Of a stretch of DNA of 64,000 nt, positions 37,433-45,903 are shown piece after piece (positions within the stretch are counted from its first letter, which is position 1; the number at the start of each line of letters is the position of its first letter). Under the pieces are notes generated by a model. That model saw nothing but the letters and a program-made list of their open reading frames with translations, made no database searches and was not told where the DNA came from. Made by a program: the position numbers and the translations under genes. Source of the DNA: a virus (lineage: Duplodnaviria; Caudoviricetes); IMG/VR virus record IMGVR_UViG_3300020369_000001, positions 1-64,000 of that record. The stretch is one strand, 5' to 3'.

Positions 37433-37867
37433 ATGACTTTAGCAGCAATCTTAACAGCGTCATTTCTCGCACAAGAATTGCAATGTGCTTCGCAGATTTC
37501 ATTTTATGAAGCGCGTGGTGAAGAAACATACGCTGCAAAAGTTGCACCAGTGATTGTCGCAAGGAACCGTGTATTATCTGAGGACTTTCCAGATAGCTTC
37601 TGCGAAGTAATGTTGCAAGATCGTCAGTTTGCTTTTGTAACGAATGGATTGCATTTGCAAGATATAAGTGATAGTGTTATTGCACAAGAAGCCTGGGAAG
37701 TTGCTCAACAAGCTGCCCAAGATGTGTTAGAAATGCCTGTACATAACTTCCAAAGACCTATGAGGAATGCTTTGTACTTTCATTCAGGAGAAACACCAGC
37801 TTGGGATTTAAATAAGATCGAAAAGGTTGTTAAGATTGGTGGGCATTCTTTCTACAGTGATAAATGA
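37433..37867 (+). CDS. SleB-like cell wall hydrolase (Hydrolase_2)
   Basis: Signal-like N-terminus, C....FYEARGE...V..V.RNRV....FP.SFCEV...QF and ALYFH motifs. Confidence 0.85.
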   Translation: MTLAAILTASFLAQELQCASQISFYEARGEETYAAKVAPVIVARNRVLSEDFPDSFCEVMLQDRQFAFVTNGLHLQDISDSVIAQEAWEVAQQAAQDVLEMPVHNFQRPMRNALYFHSGETPAWDLNKIEKVVKIGGHSFYSDK

Positions 37868-38568
37868 TTGATACAGGAGAACCTAAAATGAAAAATCAAG
37901 ATTTGAAAGTCGGTGACACGGTGATGCTTTCGAGTGGAAGCAAGTGGACTATCAATATCCTTGACAACCCTTTAAATGTAGTTGGTGAAGTTGTTGAGAA
38001 GGGGAACTCTTGGGTATTTGTGCAATGGTCTAATGGCGGATACAATTCATATAAGTCTAAAGACTCAGACTTAATCCTGTGTAATAATTCAGATAAGGAA
38101 CCTGATATGCAAAAGAATAACACTACAAAAGACCTTATTGACAATATCTCACACGCTTACGAAATCCTTTGCAATAGTGAAAATGCGGTGCAAATGCTTC
38201 AACAAGAAGTCGTAAACAACCGCAAAGCTTACGAAGATGCTGTTGAAGAGTTGCAAAAGTCTGTACAGGATAAAGGTTTTAAAGTAGAATCCATCCAGGA
38301 CGCTTCATCGAAACCTAAGAAGAACTTTGATCGGTACTCGTATTGGGATGTTTCTGAATGGACTGAAGAAGAAATTGAAAAGGCCGCTGATATTCTTGCT
38401 GAGGAGTTTGGAGCTAATAAATATTCTTTAGATATTTTTGGAAGGTATTATCTACTCCTTATTGATGCTGGTAATGATATTCTGGTACAGAGCTATGAAA
38501 ATCTCACAGAGATATCGGAAGTGATTGGTAAGGAGTTTAACCAACGCACTAAACAAGACATTCTATAA
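37864..38568 (+). CDS. Hypothetical protein
   Basis: ORF track; SH3-like N-terminus and central coiled coil. Confidence 0.5.
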   Translation: MIDTGEPKMKNQDLKVGDTVMLSSGSKWTINILDNPLNVVGEVVEKGNSWVFVQWSNGGYNSYKSKDSDLILCNNSDKEPDMQKNNTTKDLIDNISHAYEILCNSENAVQMLQQEVVNNRKAYEDAVEELQKSVQDKGFKVESIQDASSKPKKNFDRYSYWDVSEWTEEEIEKAADILAEEFGANKYSLDIFGRYYLLLIDAGNDILVQSYENLTEISEVIGKEFNQRTKQDIL

Positions 38569-38580
38569 GTAATGCCTTTC

Positions 38581-38616
38581 AAAGCCCGCTTGCTTAATTG
38601 CTTGCGGGTATTTTTA
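38581..38616 (+). terminator. Terminator
   Basis: GCCCGC...GCGGGT followed by ATTTTT. Confidence 0.6.
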
Positions 38617-38944
38617 TGCGTGGGTGGGAAAAGATAAATCAGTTTCAACGGTGAGAAGTTTGTAGTAAGGGTTTCGATGGGCAGCTTCGACGATTTAGAT
38701 TTGAAAGTTGCTGAAAAATTTGGGGAACGGGGTCGAGCTTCAGCGGCGGAGCATGTAAAGCGCTTAGAAGTGTTGGTTACTTCTGATTTGTGATTTGTGT
38801 TGGGATTTGTTGAAAAGGTCGTGTTACCCAGGATTCAATCCGGATTCATACCTTGGTATTATCGCCAAGTGCTTTGCAGGTATGCTAAGCGCGTGCGCGG
38901 TGCTATTTAGGCGGATGTCTTGAAAATTTATTTTCTCAGACCTA

Positions 38945-38972
38945 TTGACCAGTCCCTTAGAACGTCTATAAT
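38945..38972 (+). promoter_or_regulatory. Strong sigma70 early promoter
   Basis: TTGACC-N16-TATAAT followed by the TCGAAAGCAAA leader (38981-38991). Confidence 0.75.
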
Positions 38973-39013
38973 CCTAGGTATCGAAAGCAAACGTACCGAG
39001 GAGTGCTAAAAAT

Positions 39014-42000
39014 ATGAACGGTTATGAGAAGCTTTTAAGCAGCATTAACACTAACCATAAGATCGCAGAAGATGTGTTAGACCGTGCGCACGCATACAGG
39101 GCATTTAAAGACGACTCGCTAGGTTATATGGATGCGCATGAATACGAAGGATTGCGGGAAGGATTGAACGCCTACGCAGTATCGAAGGAGTGCTACAACC
39201 AACTACTAAAGCGTTTTGGAGGTGCTGTTGATTATATTCTTGACACATACAGCGATTGTCTATAATGTCTTACATAGCAACGGCGCATAGGGCGCTTTGC
39301 AGTATTAAACCAATGACTCGATAGGTGCTTTATGAAAGCTAAGGTTACTAATACAATGGTAGGTAGTTTTCTATATAACTTGGGAATCAGTTATCATGAG
39401 TATGGCGTACTGAGGTGCTCAAAAACAAAACGCAAGCTATACGATTTTTATAAATGCGACTCGGTAACTTCTGAACAGCGTGCAAAAATAGTTGAAAGCA
39501 TACCAGATGCAGAATTCAAAACAGCGTCACCACAATATGCACCTGAATTAAAAAGAGTCCTGGTGTGCATCCCAAAGGCAGCATTGAGAGGTAGAAAATA
39601 AAATGTATCAATTCATCATAAAATCAGGTATGCTGGCAGTCGCTCTAAAACGCTATAACCGAGAGTCTGCCGACATCTTACGCAAGCAATTAGACAATGC
39701 CGGTATTTATTACAGAGAAGAAATTGTTTTAAAATAGGCGTTGACAGTACTTGGTAAGATTGATAAAGTACGCAGTGTAAGAAACACTCACACACTATTC
39801 GATAGGCGGTGTTATGAAAAACGCACAATTTGTTATCAACGGCTTATTTGCAAACGTAGAAAAGGATGATTATGAGCACGGATGCGACATCACAAGCGGT
39901 ACGAATAAGCAAGTGGACATTATCTTTAAAGCTGATTCTATACAGTCGCTTATTGATAAAGTCAACGAATTTGTAGGTAGTTCAGACTATATGGTAAACC
40001 CATGCGAAGATGAGCCAAGCCGCATTGACTGGCAAGTTATGGAGAATGTTGACGGCCTTCCTGCTAATTCCAGTGATGTAGAACTTTGGAAAGTTGGTAA
40101 ACGTGACTTATACCTTGTGGATTATACCGCTATTGTACAGCAAGTGATAGATGTTGACGTGGAAACAGTGCTTGCAAAAACTGGTAATAACCTTTAAAGT
40201 AACGTTGTAAGAAACACTCACACTTAACCAAGAGACTAAACAAATGCTAAACTTTACAAATGCCACTATCAGCGAACTAAACACTTTTGGCGCGTCAATT
40301 GCTAAAGGTATGGAATTTCTAGACTTCAAAGAAACAGCTTTAAAAGCGCTGTTAGAGACTGGCAATATTTCCGACGCTGTACAGGAAACGCTAGAAACGC
40401 TTAACGACGATGCAACCGAAGCATGGGCGCATTATACTAGCTATACCCCTTTTGAGTTTTATGCAAAGGAACTAAACGACCGTGAAGACAGTGACAGCGC
40501 TTGGGATGCGATGTTGGATGGTTTTTATGATGCGTATGGGGATACTGTGCAAGCGCTTGAAAGCGATATTAAGGAATACTTAGTAGAAGCTATTGACGAT
40601 ATAGAAGTGTCAAAACTAGGCATTGAACTTCCCGAGTGGATTGAAAGCGATTTGTTAGTGTGTGACGTATACGCTATTAGTGAAGGAGGATGCGCAAGTG
40701 GTGCATACATGCCCGCTGTTACGTATTTCATTGCTAATGAAACAATGGCAGTGCATGGTGACGATGTTTTAGAATACATCGAAAGCACTTTAGGTGAAAT
40801 ACCAACGTTACCGGACAATGAAAGCTGGTCAGGCATTGCAGTACACTTTTTGAGCATTGCAGTTGAGTTGTTTGCAATGGAAGTAGTAGCACAAATTGAC
40901 AGTATGAAAGAATAGGCTTTAAAGGATACTTGCCAAGGATGGCATAAAACGTTATTAATTAACTTATAAAGGCGTTTACACCATGCAATCAATAAACCAG
41001 GTTAAACAAGCACTAGCAAACGGTCTGGCAGTTCACTGGTCAAATAGTGCTTATAAGGTATTAGACGATTCTACGGGATTGTTAGTTTCTTATAACAAAG
41101 GGCAGAATTATGCTGGCTTACAAAATACTAAACACGATGTCTTATGGTGTTATGTATCAAAGGCGGATTGTTTAAAACTTGCCAAGCGCCATGGCGTGAA
41201 GTTTGTTTGCTATGAACCAATAGAAGATGCCTACTACTTCCAAAGTGGTAATTATCAAAACGGCTTTTATGAATATCGGGTTCTAGCGAATAATTTAATA
41301 TGCGAGAAGTCTTTTGAGATTATGATTGCCAATGGCCTTACCGACAATAATAAAGCAACTTTTGAAAAATAAGGGGCGATTCTATTATGAACCCATTAAA
41401 TGCCAATGACGTTGGTATGGTCTCTATACAGTACCTATCAAGCACCGGATATAAGCCTAAGCACTTTAAACTTAAAAAACGTGTGAGCCGTGGTATATTC
41501 ATTGACCTGCAAAGCAAGTTAGAATCTAATCCTAAAGTCTTAATTGTTAAAGGTTATACGTATAACGGGTATATTTGATCATGGAGACCTTCACAGTACC
41601 ATCAACACCTGAACAACACTATGAACGTAAGCAAGAAGTAGCATACTGGCTATCAAAGCCCCCTTCCCATTGTTATCTATACATCGACAGCCTAACGTTG
41701 GAGGTGTTGACAGAGTATGGAGACATGGTAGGGAATGCATTTTATAAAAAACCTTACCAATATAACGTGGTAGGCACTAACAACATTCTCTATACAGCTA
41801 GGCTCGATAGGATGTTGTACCCAAAGGATGATGAGCGCTTGCAAGGGTATTTTTTATACGCTGAACAGCATGAGCAAAGCAGGATTAAAAGATTATGGAA
41901 GAAAAAATTGGTGCGAAGTGTTGACGCGGTGCGTAGGTATGCTATTATGAATGCATAAACCAACGCATCAAAGGAAACGCAGCCATGACCAACTCACAAC

Positions 42001-42320
42001 TCTTCAAAAAAGCCCATGAGATGACACGTGCAACAGTACGCGATGGCGATAATTACCAAGCGACATTTGGAGCATGTCTTAAGATAATCAAAGCGCAATC
42101 TGAGCGTAAAGTAGACTTCCTTGAGGTCGTGGGCAGCGCGTTAAATTCATTTGCCATCATGCTGGTCGTTACTTTTATGCTAGTACTGGTCGGTTCATTG
42201 TTCGGTAACATGCTAGGCTACGCTTTAGTAGGTGCGATTGTAGCGGCTGTTGTAGGAGCCATTGCCACTATTGTTTTCGTAATTGATGATGTCAAATTCA
42301 CTATCATGTTAACCAACTAG
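39014..42320 (+). CDS. Immediate-early (host-takeover-type) gene cluster (39014-39265, 39332-39601, 39814-40197, 40244-40915, 40983-41372, 41387-41578, 41575-41958, 41985-42320)
   Basis: Small ORFs, many with their own near-consensus promoters; flanked by non-coding DNA and terminators. Confidence 0.6.
39741..39793 (+). promoter_or_regulatory. Sigma70 early promoter with conserved leader
   Basis: TTGACA-N17-TAAAGT, then GTAAGAAACACTCACAC. Confidence 0.75.
40172..40223 (+). promoter_or_regulatory. Sigma70 early promoter with conserved leader
   Basis: TTGCAA-N17-TAAAGT, then the identical GTAAGAAACACTCACAC. Confidence 0.7.
40244..40915 (+). CDS. Highly acidic protein, candidate DNA mimic / antirestriction protein
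   Basis: D/E-rich, with the EGGCASGAYMPAVTY motif seen in acidic early phage proteins. Confidence 0.45.
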   Translation: MLNFTNATISELNTFGASIAKGMEFLDFKETALKALLETGNISDAVQETLETLNDDATEAWAHYTSYTPFEFYAKELNDREDSDSAWDAMLDGFYDAYGDTVQALESDIKEYLVEAIDDIEVSKLGIELPEWIESDLLVCDVYAISEGGCASGAYMPAVTYFIANETMAVHGDDVLEYIESTLGEIPTLPDNESWSGIAVHFLSIAVELFAMEVVAQIDSMKE

Positions 42321-42358
42321 TAAAAAAAAGGTAAGGCCAACTATTAAGAGGTGATAAA

Positions 42359-42560
42359 ATGCGAAAGCCTAGCAAACTACCTATTGATGGGCATGTTATT
42401 GACCATAATATAAAAAGACTTCCCAAAGCTGTATACGTGCTATTATTGTGGTGAACCTGCGCCTAACTATTCACGCTGTACATTAACCAAGGTTATGGAT
42501 GATATTCACTGGTGCAATGAATGTTATAATGCGTGGAAAGCTTGCCAGCCATTTGATTAA
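42359..42560 (+). pseudogene. Zn-finger micro-gene split by a +1 frameshift
   Basis: RBS AGAGGTG and ATG 42359. Removing one A from the A5 run at 42412-42416 gives MRKPSKLPIDGHVIDHNIKDFPKLYTCYYCGE...HWCNECYNAWKACQPFD. Confidence 0.4.
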
Positions 42561-42586
42561 TACAATTTGATAGACTTTATCAATAC

Positions 42587-42608
42587 GCCCCTATAAAGGG
42601 GCTTTTTT
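42587..42608 (+). terminator. Terminator ending the early block
   Basis: GCCCCT-ATAA-AGGGGC-TTTTTT. Confidence 0.85.
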
Positions 42609-42699
42609 ATGCGTGGTATTTAGGTCTTGTACAGTGTGTGGTGTGTCAATATATCCTATTGAGCTTGTCACCCACAAATATACACGCCTTCCCCAGAAA

Positions 42700-43010
42700 T
42701 TTAACAATCGCCCTTCACACTACCTACCAAGCCCCTTATCAAATATCCTATGCAGCCTGGGCATGGCATTACACACCTATTTAACATAATACGTCTTATG
42801 CGTACTCACTGCCCATGCTCACCAAGCATACTATAAAGCACCTCTTAATACGCTCTCACAATGCTTCCTGAGCGCTTATAAAGTTACCCTATGGAAAGGT
42901 ATTGGGTAGGCTGGTAAAAGGCTGTGAAGGGGCTTGTGAGAGCTTAGGAGGTGGTGTGAAGGGTATTTGTAGGGACTGTGTAGGTGGTATTTCAAGCGGG
43001 GGTAGGTAGG
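42700..43010. repeat. Nested inverted repeats in non-coding convergence zone
   Basis: CCCTTCACAC(42711)/GTGTGAAGGG(42954), GCTCTCACAA(42852)/TTGTGAGAGC(42934) and CTACCTACC(42720)/GGTAGGTAG(43001). Confidence 0.7.
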
Positions 43011-43589
43011 TCGTATGGGGTTTAGATAAGCACTCTAATACATTTTGAGGCTTTCCCAATGCCTTTCGACCCCCTTTATATTTTTTGGAGTGATTTCAAA
43101 AGTCGCTATAATTTTTCTTGGGATACAGCTTTTTCAGGATAGTCAGTAGGATTACTGTACAATACCCTGTTAAGTATGCTTTTGAATACCATACTCATTA
43201 GGGATAGTTTTGTTTAAGATATTGGGAAGGATTCTTGGAAGGGACACTGTAAAGTATCTTACACGACACCACAACATAGATTACACGATACTCAGGATAG
43301 TGTTAGTGTATTATAAAGGTGTTGTTAAAGATATGTGCGGTAGCACAGGTGGTTAACAGGAATTTATAGGGCTATAAGGACTTTAAAAAGAGAGGACGGG
43401 ATTACGTTAATCCAACCGTCCTTTTCTTCTAAGGAACCTTTAGACCTATAGAGGGTGTTGGTAAGTGGTGTGCTGGCGCACAGAATGTTTACCAGCACTT
43501 CTATAAAAGCCTGTTCAGTATTCTACTAATATGTTTACTAGTGGAAATTGGCTTTTTGAGGGTATCATTTTTGATACCTTTAGAAACCT

Positions 43590-44276
43590 CTAATATTCCT
43601 TATCACGTTCTTTGTATTCCTTCCACCATCTTTTTACAGTAGCTATAGAGACTTTTAGTTCCTCAGCAACTTTCTTCTGTGTCATTTTTTGTTGGTACAT
43701 TTGATACCCTAAACTTTTATCAGAAAGCTCTTCTATGCCAGTATGTCTTTTCAAACGATTAATCTCTTTACTGTGCGTATCAACCTCATATTCTAAACCC
43801 TCTACACGATCTTCTAATCCTTCTAATTTATCACTGACTTTCTTATACCGTGACAATCGTGTGATCTGTTGATTGACTGTGTTAGATGATTTCAAAGCCG
43901 ATTTATCCATAGTACCATTTCTGAGCATTGTCTTCTGTGCAGGATGATCTTCGTGTGCTTTAACAGTCTCTTTAGAATGGTAATAAGGATTGTGTTTAAT
44001 ACCATCTAACCATTCAAGTGACTTGTCATGTACTGTAACAGAGTATTCTAAGGCTTCTCTGGGTGTTCCTCCATTGTCAAGTATGTATTTGTAAGCTGCT
44101 AGACCTATGTTGTATGGAACAGTCTCTCTTGTGGTGCCTTGGTAATTCTTCTTAAAAGTTTTGTCAGTTATTGCTTTCACAGCTTCCCTTTTCTTGAAGT
44201 CTTGGTTGTCTGCATTACTGAAGAACTTTGTAAGCATTTCCTCGACATCTTTAAAATCAGGATCACTCTTGCTCAT
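43590..44276 (-). CDS. DNA-binding protein with coiled coil and C-terminal HTH
   Basis: MTQKKVAEELKVSIATVKRWW helix-turn-helix. Confidence 0.65.
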   Translation of the reverse strand: MSKSDPDFKDVEEMLTKFFSNADNQDFKKREAVKAITDKTFKKNYQGTTRETVPYNIGLAAYKYILDNGGTPREALEYSVTVHDKSLEWLDGIKHNPYYHSKETVKAHEDHPAQKTMLRNGTMDKSALKSSNTVNQQITRLSRYKKVSDKLEGLEDRVEGLEYEVDTHSKEINRLKRHTGIEELSDKSLGYQMYQQKMTQKKVAEELKVSIATVKRWWKEYKERDKEY

Positions 44277-45903
44277 AAAACTCTTGCACCTCTTTTTGGA
44301 CGATAATGTTATTTGGAGAGACGTAATTCACAAACGATAAATTTCTAAGGTCTTTTACACGGCTTAATGCAACGTATAATTGACCGTGTTCAAAACAGCC
44401 TCTTCCAACGTTTATTGTGGCTGCTTCCAATGTCATACCTTGTGATTTATGGATAGACACTGCCCAACCTAATTTCAAAGGGTATTGTTGATAGGTTGCA
44501 TCGACAGTCTTTTTAACGCCTTCACTGCCTTTGTTGTATTTAACACGTTCCCACTTGTGTTCTTCAACAATAACATCTTGTTGGTCTGAATCTTTGGTCA
44601 CAACGATACCATAATTATTCATAGACTTGACAGTACCCATCATACCGTTCTGGTAAGCACCTTCTGGGTGATTAGCACAGATAACAACCTTTGCACCAAC
44701 CTTCAATTCTAAACGTGTTGTAACAGGCTTTTCTGATTCTGACCACTTACCAGAGTAGTTCGCAAAGAATGTCTTTGAAGGTGTCTTTAATTGCTTGAAC
44801 CAGTAATTATTGATGTTATCAACATCTCTATTGAATACGCATAAGTTAATGCTAGAGTTGGTCTTATCGTGCGGTTTTGCTTCCTTTTGAATAATGTCTA
44901 GCGCATGTTTATGGTTCTTATCTTTTCGACGGATAGATTTCAGAATGTTTATCTGCCGTTTATCACTTTGTCGGAATACTTTACGAAGCTCTACCTTTTC
45001 AAAGTCCCAAGAGTCACTTGAGAAGCAGAATCTTGAAGAGCGGCCTTCCTCCTGGTAATACTGCTCTTTGTCGTAATTACTGACGATAGGAGGTATTTGG
45101 TAGAAATCCCCTACAACCACCATCTGTATTCCACCAAAAGGCAGATTGTTATTACGTGCTTGCTTCAGTTTCCAATCAATGAGGCTTAGGTAATCAGCTC
45201 TCAACATACTGACTTCATCAATCACAATGCGCTTTAGATTTTTAGCATTTAATACTTGTCGTGTTGCTGAATCTAAACGGTAATCTTCTTCTGTAACCAC
45301 TGTGGTAGGCAACCTGAAGATTCTGTGGCAAGTTGACCCGCCGATGTTAAGTGCTGCAATACCGGAAGGCGCACATAAGATTGTATTGGAATCTGTGACT
45401 TTACGAATAATCCAGCTTTTACCACAACCTCCACCACCTGTTACGAAAACATTTTCACCGTTAAGGATTTTGTATATTGCTAACTCTTGCCCTTTTAGAT
45501 CATTAGGATCAGATTCCAGAATGTGCTTAAACTCCTCCGGTGTGTCGTCAATAACACCGAGACTGTCCAAATGGTCTACTACGTCAGAAGGCATTGTTTC
45601 GTAAAGCTCACCAAGACGCTTCCTACGTTCAATCTCATTAAGTTCAAAATCAATTTCAGAGTCAAAAGGTAAACCTAGTTCCTTGCTAATCTTCTCTCCC
45701 TTCTCTACAGCTTTTTCCTTGTCGATAGAGAGGTTCTGAACATAAAGACTCCCTTTAAAGTCTTTATACCCATTGTTGAATGTACCCCACTTTCGCAGGG
45801 TATACATACGTGTTTTCTCACCCGTTGCTATAAACGTTTTCTCAGCTCTAAACATCCTCTCATCCCTCCTTATAATCTTCCCAACCTGCGCATCCACCAC
45901 CAA
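44263..45903 (-). CDS. Pif1/RecD-like SF1B DNA helicase
   Basis: VTGGGGCGKS, IVIDEVSML, VGDFYQIPP, VFRQSD, WAVSIHKSQGMTL and GQLYVALSR. Confidence 0.93.
   Translation of the reverse strand: MVVDAQVGKIIRRDERMFRAEKTFIATGEKTRMYTLRKWGTFNNGYKDFKGSLYVQNLSIDKEKAVEKGEKISKELGLPFDSEIDFELNEIERRKRLGELYETMPSDVVDHLDSLGVIDDTPEEFKHILESDPNDLKGQELAIYKILNGENVFVTGGGGCGKSWIIRKVTDSNTILCAPSGIAALNIGGSTCHRIFRLPTTVVTEEDYRLDSATRQVLNAKNLKRIVIDEVSMLRADYLSLIDWKLKQARNNNLPFGGIQMVVVGDFYQIPPIVSNYDKEQYYQEEGRSSRFCFSSDSWDFEKVELRKVFRQSDKRQINILKSIRRKDKNHKHALDIIQKEAKPHDKTNSSINLCVFNRDVDNINNYWFKQLKTPSKTFFANYSGKWSESEKPVTTRLELKVGAKVVICANHPEGAYQNGMMGTVKSMNNYGIVVTKDSDQQDVIVEEHKWERVKYNKGSEGVKKTVDATYQQYPLKLGWAVSIHKSQGMTLEAATINVGRGCFEHGQLYVALSRVKDLRNLSFVNYVSPNNIIVQKEVQEFYEQE

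Noticed and set aside
38636-38795. Start-less open frame ISFNGEKFVVRVSMG...VTSDL in the non-coding gap
   Set aside because: In-frame stop immediately upstream, no RBS, no recognisable motif. It cannot be supported as a gene.
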